A stretch of DNA of 64,000 nt from Laetmonice hystrix (Eukaryota), in the NCBI GenBank assembly GCA_965235115.1, contig OZ249451.1, forward strand, positions 7,626,001 through 7,690,000, given 5' to 3'. The stretch's first letter is position 1. Each line of letters opens with the position of its first letter. Below, piece by piece: positions 12,234 to 25,395 of the stretch. A program made the position numbers and the translations under genes. The notes under the pieces are model-generated. The model ran no database searches. It was not told the origin of the DNA and worked only from the letters and a program-made list of their open reading frames with translations.

Positions 12234-15200
12234 CTATAGGATAGCACAACATCTGCAGTATCGTTGTCTGCCTCCTCCGACAGAGGGCGGTGGCGTCACG
12301 GGCGCAAAGTAAGCATGCACTTTGATGTCTGGGAGGTGGTTCTGAAAATAGAAAGATTGGGGGGAAAACATGGAAAATGGATGAAAAAGTCAGGAGGGTT
12401 TGAAGAATTCATTTGCCCAGGCAAAGTGGGTTTGTTTGATTTGAGCACTTTGAGCATAGGGCAAGTGGGTTGTGAACATTTACTCACCTTCCTCTGAAAT
12501 TCACCTTTCCCTGTGGCATTCACTTGGTCATGTGTAATGCACTTACAACTCAGACACTATCTGGACCTATTGGACTGCCGACGATTTGATCAACTTGCCC
12601 AGGACAGGCGATAGGATGTAAACACCACTGGCTTTCTTCACAACAAGCAGTGATGAGCAATGTGTTTCACAAATTTAGTGTTCCTAACATTGAGCTTAAC
12701 CCTTTTGAGACGGGCCCCTTGTGGCCGAGACGTGCACTAGTGACGACGTAACAATTGCGTGAATGTGCCGTAAGGACGGGCCATTCTGGGCGGCCACATG
12801 TGATAACGGATTGCCTTCCATGCTTCCAATCACTGTCATCCCCAGAAAAATGATCAATGTTTTAGACAAAAGTAGGGAGTTGGGTCTAGAGTTGATCTAG
12901 GTCCAGCGCAGCTAGCACTCGATTGGGACATTACGTCACAGCGCTGCGCTGTCGCTCTATACACAATGGGCTCTGACGTAAGTCAAATGATGCCTCAGGG
13001 CATCATCCGGCCCCCGCCCGGGAATGCCTCAAGGCATCACCCGTCCTTAATGGGTTAATCAGTGTAAATAAAAAATTGACCATTTCATCCTGGATATGCT
13101 TAATTCAAGGTTGTTCTGTTGAAACACCTTATAGGAATACATATGAAATTTCAGATGACACCACTGCAAACTTGTACAAATTGAAAACATACATATTAGG
13201 ACTAAACATGAATTTCTCCGTCTATGTTTTTATAAAAGAAACAAATTCCAATATCTCTCCTCCATTTGATTGACTATGCTCGCTTACCCTTAGTCGCCTA
13301 ATTCCGGCACGTGTTATGAGCTGGCAGTCATAAAGTTCTATCCTTTCTAAAGCTTGGCATCCTCGCAGATGTTCTAAGGATGCGTCTGTTATTAGTGGAC
13401 AGTTGTCGAGTTCAAGCACAGTTAATGCCTCAGTGGCACAGCTGCTCTCTCCAAGATGTCGGATGCCTTCATCAGTTAGCAGTTCACAGTGGGACAAACT
13501 CTGTAACAGTGATGTCATTCAACATCACCTTATATTTATAATACAATGTACTGGGCACATTTTTCACCACCCTGTATGACATGAACGAAAAAAATTGGCC
13601 TTTTGCAACTGCACCCCAACGATTTCATTTCACATCAGATCCAATATCAATATTCAAATATAACAAAGTAAAGCCACAACATCATGTCCCGTCTTTGTAC
13701 ACGGCTATAAAAGCTTATAAAATAGATGCCAAAAAGAACTAGGGGAATCAGATTTATAAAGATATTTCATTAAAAGCCCCCCTTAGTATGGGTACGACAA
13801 CAGAGGTTATCAACCTACCATTATTTTTGCCACATACCCGGTAGTTTATTTTTGCCAGTTTATTTTTGACACATAGTTTATTTTTGGCACAATTTAAGTG
13901 TTTATTTGACACATATTTTATTTTTGACAGCTTAAACAATAGATACCAAAAACAACTAGGGGAATCAGATTTTTAAAGATATTTCATTAAAAGCCCCCCT
14001 TAGTATGGGTTCGACAACAGAGGTTATCGACCTACCAGTTTTGAAAGCAGTGGACAGTGAAGTGCAAGGTGGCCCAGTGTGGCATCTGTTATCTACAAAA
14101 ACAGTCAACAGGTCTCTGCTTTAGATAGCATATAATTGTTTGGCCATCCTACAGGTGATGCTAAAAGCGAAAATATTGTTTTTGAATTCTGGATCTCATA
14201 ACATTATGGAGAAACTGATTTGTTCGATGCTCAAAACCATACGGATGTCTAATTTTCTTAAATTCAAATACATGTACACTGATATACAATGACCATATGA
14301 TTTTATCAGGTGAGGATGGCTGGCTTGGATGTAATACTAAAAAAACTCACCAGGACGCATTCTTCTAAATCCATTCGTTCCAATAAATGACAATTCTGTA
14401 AGACATGTGTACTGATCTGTTAATCGTTGTCACACCATGGATAACATATTTACCTAGTGCAAAACTGTAGGCACAAACAATGATGATTTTCTTAAACATT
14501 TCTACTAACTGCAGCCAAAGTTATGCTAAAGCAAGAATCTATAACATACACAAAAAATATATTTCCTACTTACATTTGGATATATTTTATAAGAACTTTG
14601 TCACTTACCCTTGCTAATGCTTGGAAACCATTGTCTGTGAATTGTGAACAACCCGCAACTTCTAGAGTTCTGAAACATAATACGAAAATACACACTTTGT
14701 AAACGTTTGATTTAAATGACTTCAGAGTACCGAGGTATATAGAGGCTCGTTTTTCCAACACAGCAAGAGAAGGCTGAAAGGAAATTCTTCAGGGACTGGT
14801 GTGCGCTTACTTGAGCTCATGACATCCTTGTCCGAGTGAGACAAGAGCGGCGTCCGTCAAACTTGAACATCCCGATACACAGAGCATGGCGAGCCTGTGA
14901 CATCCTTCACTTATACTGTGCACTGCTTCGTCTGTGATATTCTACAAGAGATACAACTCATTGTTACCCACATAATCAGACAAGTGGTCTAGACACATTT
15001 AGAATCTCTCTCTGGGTTGAACCTTGATGGTAAAGGTCCGCACATTTAGATTGTAGGGCATTTGGGCCACGGACGTTTGGGCCATGGCCGTTTGGGCCAC
15101 GAACCTGCAGCCAAGGACATTTGGGCCACAGGAGGTAGGACATTTGGGCCACGGGACAATAACAAAAATTCTTCAATATAATGAATAATAACATTTTTTT

Positions 15201-18200
15201 TTTGTCCGTGTCACTGCCCACACTGTTCTCTATTGGCGATCACTGTCAAATACCGTTTCCTAATAATCGATAGAGAACATGCACAAGTTCAAGTACAGGT
15301 TTGAGGTTATCATGCAGTAAACAAGTTTTGCACATACATGTATAACCATCACACACACACGTACATAAACATGTAAACCCAAATGAATGTAGAGAAAAGT
15401 CATAACTATAGTCTGAGCTCTCCGGTAAATATTAAGATATGGTACAGAACCGACTGCATATATTTATATATGCACCAACACTATGCAATCCCCTCAATAG
15501 TAGGTGCACATTGCTTGCCAACTATTGGAGATTCAGAAATAGATTCCCGACTTATTTGACACATAGTATATTTTTGACACATAGTTTGAGTGCTTATTTG
15601 ACACATAGTTTAGTTTTCACACATAGTTTATGTGTTTATTTGACACATCGTTTATTTTGACACCGTATATTTGACATATAGGACATATAGGCATGGGTTT
15701 CAACCAGAGTTCCCCAAGGTGTGGGGTGCCTCATCATGTTGAGCCCTTCAGCTACAGCTTAGACGGTGAGGCGTCACACGTGTTGAGCAAAAAATTAACT
15801 CAACAAACTCCACAAAATACAATAAACTGTAAGCAAAGGAACACTAAAGATCGGCAAACTACTAAATATAAGCACAAGGACATTAAAAACACAATTATGT
15901 TTCGTAGCCCAAGCATCCACCGCAGTAGACCCCCATGGCCCAAATGTCCTAGGTTGCAGGTTCGTGGCCCAAACGTCCGTGGCCCAAATGTCCGTGCACT
16001 GCAGGTTCGTGGCCCAAACGTCCGTGGCCCAAACGTCCGTGGCCCAAATGTCCGTGCACCGCAAGGAAAGGAACACTAAAGATCGGCAAACTACTAAATA
16101 TAAGCACAAGGACATTAAAAACACAATTATGTTTCATGGCCAAAGCGTCCACCGCAGTAGACCCCCATGGCCCAAATGTCCTAGGTTGCAGGTTCGTGGC
16201 CCAAACGTCCGTGGCCCAAATGTCCATGGCCCAAATGTCCGTGCACCGCACATTTACACCTGAACCATTTGCAACAAGACAGCATTTGCTCTAGCTATAT
16301 TATCACACGGTTTTCATTCTATACATGCAATAAATATAATATTACATGGATGTAGGGATTCAACCTAAATGCTTTTGACATCTTAAATGAAATATCTGCG
16401 AGTGAAAGTAAGAAGTAAACATAAAGGAGTTAAAACTTACTGTACAACTATGAAGATTTAGAGTCTTCATTCCTTGACAATTCGTTGCTAGGGCACTGAT
16501 GCCTTCATCCGTTATCTAGGATGAGAGAATTATCCTGAAATTCTTCCAATCACTTGAAAAGAGTGTGTCACTGTTAAATCTTAATCGAAATAGGAAGCAA
16601 GGTAAAGAAGGATACGATTTCTAAACTTGATGAACAATACCAAATGTTTTAGAATTTTGTATCTGAAGAAAGATTAAAATTCCCAGCTTCTCCAGGGAGT
16701 CATGATTTCCCAGACCTATGTGAACAATGGAAGTGATGCAAATTACCTGTGAGCAGCCTTTAGAAATGAATGCGGTGAGACGGGGACAGCCGGCGGCCAG
16801 AGCAACCACTCCGTCGTCAGTGATGGCGCCACACCACGACACATTAAGGTGGTCAAGGAAATGGCAGCCCTCTCTGAGAACACTAAGTAATACAAGACAT
16901 TAGTGGGGGGCACTTCTAATGCTGGACTGTCCAGTCTACAGAGGAGAGACGTAGACACACACCAGCATATGTACAGATATGGTTCATATAGCACAAATTG
17001 ATCCTGTTATGCAAAGGATGGATTGTGTGCAATCTGCATTTAAATTCTTCTTGGCCACACTCTCATGTTCTTCTGCCTACACAATGTCACAATTTTGACG
17101 TCACACTTCTTTCTACTGGACAGCAGGACAATATGCTCTCCTACCAGAATCGTAACATCACAGCGAGAATCTAGTCTTGACCTTTATGGTGAGTATGACT
17201 TTACCTGAGTGCATATAGAGAGTTGTTGGAGATACAGGCACAAGAGTCAAGATCAAGATGAATGAGTTTTGGACAGTTGGCGCCAAGGCTTTGACACGTA
17301 CTGTAAACAAAAATTACAATTCGGCTAAAAATGACTGAAGTGGTTTTGTGATTGAGTGAATATATCTGTTCAAGCACAGTTACTTAGTTCCTGACTGTAA
17401 GGTATTGTACCCTATATGTTTTTCAATGACTGATGTTGTACCGGGATAGACCAGATTTTGGTCACTTTCATTATCTATTTCAATGTAACCCACGAACAAG
17501 GAATTTCCAGAAAAAGCCAATTTTGTTCATTGTAAGCCAATATTCTTAAAAACATCATATCCTGACTGAAGCTTGAAGTTCGAAGTTCAATATACTTACA
17601 CGTCTGTTATCTTCTTACAATCACTTAAGTTAAGAAACTCTATATTATGACATTGTTGAGAAAATGTTCTGAAATGAAAAACAAAAACAAGAGTATAGAA
17701 TTTGGTTCAGCTTCCAAAGTACACTGTTCTGTTCACTACACCTGAGGTAGTTAACAGCGCAGTTAACACACAACTAAAGAAATCTTATCTTGGACAGGTA
17801 TATGTAGACTCTACCAAACCATTAAATACAAGCCCTGGATGCCAGGTGTACCAGTTACTTTACAGCATTAGAAACTTGTTCCTGAGTGACCTTACCGAAG
17901 TGCCCCGTCTGTGATACTCTGGCAGCCTCGCAGACTGAGACTCTTCAGGAACCCCCCACATCGCCGTGAGATGTTCTCCACCACTGGTCCCTAAACAACG
18001 GAAGAGACAATTAATGTAACTGATATTACATGAACTTTATATACAATTTCCTTCCTGGTACATACTTTTTTAATATTAGACAGCTGCAGCCATTGTAATG
18101 ATGTGATACTATATGTCAGCCCTACCTCTACATCTGTCTGGAAGTCAAACAAGTCGACCCTCTGCCAGTTACTGCCATCCAGGGCCAACACGTTCCAATA

Positions 18201-21200
18201 CTGAAGAAAAGGAGACATTACACTTTGGTATTTAATAAATTTGACAAGTACACAACTTACTTTTTCTGATGTAACAATAAAATCTCTTTACATTTTCACT
18301 TTCTACAATAAAATACCTTTTTTTTACATTTTCTAAAAAAAACTTTTTTTCTGAGGGGGTGATTTCCCCTTTATATAGAACATGCAGGTTCACTTCTTTA
18401 ATTTCTCATCGGAGAACCATGGTTGCTGTTTTGCTTACCTTTGATACTTGGGCACATCGACATAACGTTACCACATCTAAATAGGAAAATATTCTGAAAA
18501 TTTAAAAAAAAAAAAAAATGAAGATGCATCTAACGCATTGACAGTTTAGGTCTGTTTTTTTTGTGCTGGGGGGGGGGGGGGAGGCTCCTCCAAAATCAGT
18601 TACCCAGTCGTCCCCAAAGTTTTCTGGCTTTATTTGTTCAACCTAGACCACACATTTCAATTCTCCCTCCAGGAAAGCCTTGATATATCAGCAGATTAGT
18701 AATAACGATCCACAAGATGACATCAGCAGCAGGTATGCTAGGAATGAAACTACAACAGGAGGCTCTAGCTGTATGTTTACCAGCAGAATCCTGGTCACAT
18801 CTTTTTACCCCTGAGGATTACAATACCAGTATCTCGGATCGACACTATAGCATGAGTCACCACTTACTTTTGATTCCTTTTTGTGCTGCATAGAATGTAC
18901 CGGTAATCATATACAAATATAGTTGTCCTACAGACCAATAACTCCCTGTTATTCTGGTGCAGGCCACAGAATATGAGCCCCACAAATTGATCAGATCACT
19001 CTTGTAATACCGACCTGGTCAATCAGCAATGCATTTTCTTACCTCCCGCCCCAAATAATATACAATATGTTATTGATGACTCACCTTAAAAGAAGTTCTC
19101 TGGGCAACTTTTTATTAAGCAAAGCATCATCATCTGTTGAGCTAAGAGATGACTGCAAAGGAAGATGATTAGAAGATGACTAGAGAAAGAGAAAGTGATT
19201 ATAGGATGACCAAGATGGTAGGTAAGGTACATACATTTTTGGACTTCATCATTATTTATCACCACTACTAGCAAGTTGAATATAACTTAAACAACATTCT
19301 ACTAACATTTTTAAACTTGAACAATTTGATACAGTCAGGTCGTCTTTAACACTTTGAATTCTCTTTAAGAGGAGACAGAGTATACCTTAAGTGTGTCTGA
19401 GAGTCCTCGTGGGATGCCTGGACGGCTATTTGGCCGACTCGTCCCTCCATTTACCTGAAAATACACCACCTCTAGAGATTAAATTAAAATCAAGGAAAAT
19501 TCAAGTCAAGAGGTTTGATAGATAATCACAGCCATTCCTGCCCTGATTTGCTTTGTTTTTCAGACGTTTACTACCACCAGGCTATGCCACTTATTCTAAT
19601 TACATGTATCGGAAAGATCTGCATACTAAGTAACTAATGAATTTCTATCAATTTTCTTAGTAGCGTTACATTTACACTGAGTTCTTAAACCTTAGTTTCA
19701 TGTTCGCTAGACTGCAAATACACATGGAAAAACACCAATTTCTGTCTGTTAGTGTAACAGTTTTTATGCCAGTTATAGGTCAGGTACGTCAGTAGTTGGG
19801 TCAGTGCAGCTGACCGATAATATCACAGCACAGCTGTGTAAAAGCACAGTAAAAGCACAGCGCAGGTGCACTGACCGATAATATGGGGCAGGTGCACTGA
19901 CCGATAATATTATGGGGCAGGTGCACTGAGGTGCTATTCCACAAAACTCAAAGAGCTGATCGCCTCTCCCCCTCCCCCCATCCAATTCAGCTGACCGACT
20001 ATCACTCAGCCTGTGGTGAAACGTGCCCTTCGCCTCAAGGGGTCCGCAAAACATGTGCGCCACTCATTAGAATGATCTTATCAATATCATCAGTGGTCTG
20101 GGGCTGGACAGTAAATACTGTTTCACTAAGGAACAGCACTGAAATGTCCTAGTATTATCCAACTTGTCGCGACATTCCGAGCACTATTTGCTTGGTTGGC
20201 TTCAACAAACAAGGTTATCCAATGAGAACTTTTTTATGCATGACATAAGGTTGCCATATCTTGAGAATTTTTCAAATGGTGCTCCAGTTTTTCCTGATGG
20301 GTTTTTTCTCTTCACTTTATGTTGGAAGACAAAATTCGATTAAAGCGCTCGATACGAGAACATTTTAATATTGTTGATTGGCATTAGAGGATCACTTAAA
20401 CTCCACTGCTGTGCCCCACGAGGCTGACTATAAAAAAATTGTTTGTTTCGTAGAATCCTGCTGCATTGACCAAAAAGGTACACAATAGTCGAACCAGACA
20501 ATATGCTTTCACGGCCAGGACAGTCAGTCTGTCCTTGTCCTTATCTCTCTAACATGTATGGTACGTTGGTTTTTTAAAAACTAAAACAATCCTAGACCAG
20601 TTGCTGTTTCTGGTCTCCCCATGGACACTCAACGAAACAAACAATTTTTTAATGTTGGAATGACCTCCCTACACTACAGTAGTTATCTTTTGTCAGTGCT
20701 GTTCTTTGTCAAAAGAACCTGTACCTGTAACTGGGCTTTGACTCTGAAATGTCTGTCAATATCTGTAGTACGCCCCTTAACACCGACTACTACTACTACC
20801 CTGCTCTCTTGTGGGAATCCCCAGGTGCCTTGACATATTTTTTACTCTGAAGCAGTGATCGATACAACTGATCAGCACTGAACCGATCTATTACCAAAAA
20901 TCCTGATCCGACATTGAAAACTGTATAAAACTATAACTATATAAAAAGAAATCATAAGCCAACCCCTAGGGTGGATGTTCAACATTCTGTGGAGTTTGAT
21001 GCCTTTTTTATACATGTATAGCAGAAATTAATATACTGCTAGAAAAACCTAAAGCACAGCCTAAAGCACAGCCAATTCAGTTCACCCCCTCCCCCCTAAT
21101 CTACTTTATAGGAGGGACTACAATAGAAGACGATATGACCTCGGGTCAGGTTTGGGCTTAACAATCAAAGAGTCATCCGACCCTTCACTGTCCCATTCAG

Positions 21201-24200
21201 GCCATTGAAATCCCACTGCCCAAGTGATAAGAACTTATTTGATACAGATCAAGTCTTGGCCACATTTGGATGGCTGACAATACCACAATTTATCACATCT
21301 GGGTCACAGAGTTCCAATTACTAGGGGGGGGGGGGCGATTGGTAAGTGTTTGTGTGTGTGTGTGTGTGGGGGGGGGGGGGCTGGCAGGCTGAAAGAGCTC
21401 TTTTTCCCAGACTGGCATCTCCGCCAAGTAGGAAGAAGCTGGGGCACTATGGCTTTGCAGGTCTGGTCTCAGTATCAGTACTGACTGACCTGGTGTTAAC
21501 GTCAATTTCAAAGTCACATTGAGAGTACGTGCTGGCTATGCTGGATACACCATAGTTATTAAGGATCTGTTCCAACAGTGTTCAATGTGTCTGACATGTC
21601 ATGGATCTAATCTGTCAATTTTATATGTCTGATTTGGTTGATGCATCCGAGTGGATGTTGCCATGTCATAAAATGATTCCATCTCAAAACTGCCACATTA
21701 TGGTACATGTACTTTCCCTGGAGAGCAGCAACAATTCCAAGCCTAAAGCAAGTTTTGCTATTTTTAAATTTTTCATGGGTTCCTTTGACCGATAGACGAG
21801 TACTGATGTTGGAATAGGAGACCTGCATCTCAAGTGGAGACATGTATCGGTCTAGATAGCAGATGCTGGTACTGGCTTTAAACGTTCTGAGAGGTCTCAC
21901 TCCCTACACACAAATTAATTGGCTCTACAACAAAGCCAAATACTTCCAATGAGCTTTCTTCAAAATATGGACAATAATTTTTGAAGCAATTTTTAATGTC
22001 TAGTATTGTTGACTGCAGAAGCAGTTAGTTCACCTGAATGGTCACAAATTCAATTTGTAGATCTACGATTTTTCCTTTATTTTATACAGGATGTTGAATT
22101 TGGGAATGTGTGATCTGAATGATTGCTATACATGTTCTTAAACATTAAAACGGGCACTGGTTTAATGCACCTGGAATATTTTGCATCTTTCCAAAAGTGG
22201 CTATCGATACTGTGAAGATTCAAGTCGACACTGTACCAGGTCATTTATCTTTATGGATCCAGAACACATCATGGCCTGGAATACTGGCAAGGAAACGCAT
22301 ACCAACTTCATCATGATTTTTACCCATGACCGCTTGAAATAGATCCTAGCTAAAAACATGTTTTGCAACAAATTTTCTTCTCTGCACACAATTAATTAAG
22401 GTTTCCTAAGCTTTCCCATCTAATCTCCTGACTAGCAATCCGGGCCGTTTTCCCACACCACCACCTCCTGCAGGTAAGATAATTACTGTTCCAGAAACTG
22501 CCTTATCATGAATCAAAGACACCTTACATAAATAGCACACTCCCATTGATTTATTTGTAGACATACTTTTCACACTGAGTAAGACTTGATTCTTGGATTT
22601 TTAATTCTGCTATAATTTGCTTAAAAATTCTCCATTCCGAAGCACTACAGGCATCTCTTTGCTTGAGCTCAGCCCTATTTTATCATTCTGCCACCATCTT
22701 GAGCCTGTCTGCTGAAAGCTATAATTTAATGCTCATCACTGGTGGAAACCAAATGTGCTCTAATACAGACTGCGCTCTGCATTATTACTTCTTCCTTCAA
22801 GAGTTGAGCAAATATTGAAATACAGAATGTTCAAGAATAAAAGCCAACCTTCAAACATTTGAAACATGATGAATTCATCAAGGTGTAGGTGCCAAGGTTA
22901 GATAAATAGATAAAATTCAGATAAGAATAGATAGAAGATTCATTGGAATACACATAGTACCAATTATAGTAATTTATACAACTGAAAACTCAACAACTGG
23001 ATTTGCAAACTCGTGTCTCATATTTGACTAAATACCTACGGGTATGCATTATATATTACATCTCTGCCAGACTATAGTCAGTCATCCCGTTCATTTGGTC
23101 CTTTACCTAGTGGTCACAATACTTCAGATATGGAATTTCTGAGGTTGTTTGTAAATGTGTACATTCACACCTCAGAAGCTGTAAAGATGCCTTTTTTCAG
23201 AATTAACTCATGTTGCTCTGTCTATTTTGATTCATAATCCAAAGAAAATTTGAGAATTTGAATGACATCCTCGACTGCTGTCAAACAAGAATTTGACAGA
23301 TCCTGTGCAGGAAATGAGTTTATTATGACAAATGGTGCCGTCTAGATATGTTTGTTTTTATTATTTCTTACACAATCATTAACCATGGAATCTATGTTAA
23401 TATTAATGTCGGCATTTAAGCAAATGTTGCCACATGTCTTGGGGCTACACTATTGTATGTGGTAATGTACCATGCTCATGGTGACAAGTCATGTTTCAGT
23501 GTTGTGAATAAAGTGGCCAAAAATAGTCAAGGCGATGACAATGGAGTACCCTCGGTACCACCGGTGATATGATTGGCTAGGAAATGGGTCATTTGGTCCA
23601 GACTAAGTTGAACTGCCATTTAAAGGCAAAGGCTCTGTGCTGACACTGCCCGGATCTCAGTGCCCGTTCGTATTCAGGGTGAGGGCCCTTCAGCCGGGCT
23701 AAGCTCCGTCAACCTCACACCTCTGAACGTGTAAATTGAATGCAGGCAGCGGAAACTCACAGCGGCCCAAATCCGTGTTTACCCTGATATATCCTAAGTA
23801 CTGATTCTTACACCTTGATGTCGGTAGGCTTAATTCCTAGAGACTCCTCATCACTATCGATGGTTCTAACAATTATATGGCTTATGTAAGCTGCCAACAT
23901 TCGTTACCTTCCGAAATGCTCAATGCTACATACACGTGTGTAGGTTTTTAGTTCCTCCCAAACTGGAGAGCAGTTGTGCTGTGATTGGTCACACACTGCG
24001 GCATCAAATTACCAGAGGCTATGGCGGCATCCACACGATGAGCAGGCTCTGGCACTAAAATGCTATTTGAGCACCAATTTATTGTGTGCAAATCTTTTCT
24101 AACCGGCTTACAATTTCATGGCCTTTGTGCCTGGCCATGTGCCAACTGAGGCCAGACTTTTCTTTTAACAAATTCTTTGCACGAAATTTTTCTTTATTAG

Positions 24201-25395
24201 AAACCTAATGCCCAACCTGAAATTTTAGACCTATTTCCTTTAGTCTAGTCCAAGATTCCACAGGCTCACTGGCGTAATGTACATAGATCTGAGAGCCTAT
24301 AAAAAGTTTGGAGGCCCTACGAGTTCAATATTTAATTTATAATCAATTATAGATGGCTGACAATTGATGTAAGCTTGCCAAAATGAGTTCCACTAGGCCT
24401 ATTACGTTTGGAATCGATGGATTGTTTAAAAGGAAAGCCTGTGAAATAATTATGAATTAATAGACAGACCCCTGCCCCTGTTACATTGTTAGAATGGAGA
24501 TGGCCACCATCATCCATTTAAGAGTTACCAAATCAAATGCACCTTGCACCCCCCACCAAAAAAGATGAAACTAAACGCTAAAGTAAAGACCTCTTCTCTG
24601 GCCACACGTTGAGTGATTGACTCCACAAATTATAGTAGTAACACACATCAAACAATAAACACACATTACATCCCGTTACAATGATTGCAGACATTGTCAC
24701 TGCGAAGCTATTTCTCGCAAGGAACGGGCGTTTTGTTTACATAGCTCCCCGAGTCCCCCTGCAGCCATCACTGCATCAGCTGATCTCATTTCTAGGCCCG
24801 CTGACCGACTGGACGGGAAGAGCCGACTGTGCTATGCTCGCCTATCGGCGGCGCACCTGTCAAATATTCCAACTCCCTCCCTGCGACGCCCCGCCCTCAA
24901 ATCAAAGCGATGTCTACGCTACTGTTCTTAGGCACATCACTCGTTTTCATATCACTAAAGAAAAAAGAGAATTTGGCCCGTTTCTGCGACATAGATGGGT
25001 GTAGATGTAGACATACTACGGTGACCCATCATGAAAATGATCAGCAGGAGAGAAGTACCGAAACAAAGGCCGTGTTTGGCAGGTCTGCTGCCCGCTGCTG
25101 CCTCGATAATCACGCTTACCTCTGGTCTGCCTTTGAAGTGATAGGTATGGTGAGAGTAATGGTTGTGGTTATTCATCGTCAGTTTGAATTCCTTCGAACC
25201 AAACTGCGATTTTTCGGCAAAATCCTGCTGGGTATGAAATAAAAATAAAAACACCGACCTCGGACAAGACAGGCACGTTTGCAAGATGCTCTGTGATTGG
25301 TACGGGAGACGAGTGTTCGGAACGAGGCTGTCACTTACCACATGCATTTCTGGTCGATCTGCACGCTTCCTGAGCTTGAAATAGGACCGTCTCAT
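12234..25395 (-). CDS. FBXL20: F-box/LRR-repeat protein FBXL2/FBXL20 orthologue, 466 aa, 16 coding exons
   Basis: Exons 25339-25395, 19386-19454, 19085-19152, 18439-18493, 18126-18200, 17896-17990, 17600-17668, 17205-17300, 16747-16873, 16441-16515, 14811-14941, 14609-14669, 14351-14395, 14036-14092, 13288-13500, 12234-12341; all GT-AG with consistent phases. F-box LNKKLPRELLLRIFSYLDVVTLCRCAQVSKYWNVLALDGSNWQRVDLFDFQ, Cys-containing LRRs and C-terminus HAYFAPVTPPPSVGGGRQRYCRCCAIL closely match the vertebrate FBXL2/20 sequence as recalled. Confidence 0.97.
12700..13054. mobile_element. piggyBac-like MITE in the last FBXL20 intron
   Basis: TTAA on both flanks (12696-12699, 13055-13058); ends cccttttgagacggg and cccgtccttaatggg match as inverted repeats at 11/15; CCC termini. 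Confidence 0.6.
13721..14037. repeat. 100-bp direct repeat (13721-13820 and 13938-14037) flanking a ttatttttgacacatag array
   Basis: Two ~94% identical copies of aatagat..cctacca separated by 117 bp of the same minisatellite seen at 15551, 31497, 35668 and 36421. Confidence 0.9.
15049..16250. mobile_element. Non-autonomous foldback/TIR element with 15-bp subterminal repeats (ggacgtttgggccac) and an internal minisatellite
   Basis: Left arm 15052-15145 and right arm ~15930-16245 are inverted arrays of gga(c/t)(a/g)tttgggcca(c/t); internal gacacatag array at 15551-15678; right end tandemly duplicated (15836-16063 and 16068-16250); ccgcacattta occurs at both 15038 and 16246 (possible TSD, or degenerate TIR). 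Confidence 0.7.
19803..19929. repeat. Minisatellite of ~25-28 bp unit (caggtgcactgaccgataatatgggg) in FBXL20 intron 1
   Basis: Three near-tandem copies plus one diverged upstream copy. Confidence 0.85.

Noticed and set aside
15693-16263. ORFs with RGPNV, DVWAT and AQTSV pentapeptide repeats
   Set aside because: They are translations of the 15-bp subterminal repeats of the foldback element in an FBXL20 intron; open in several frames on both strands, with no splice support.
21347-21368. (TG)n microsatellite next to poly-G
   Set aside because: Common simple repeat; it explains the spurious THTHT/PPPP ORF at 21293-21517.
24955-25395. 146-aa ORF on the - strand
   Set aside because: Only the first 19 codons are FBXL20 exon 1; a GTAAGT donor follows and the rest is intron read-through.
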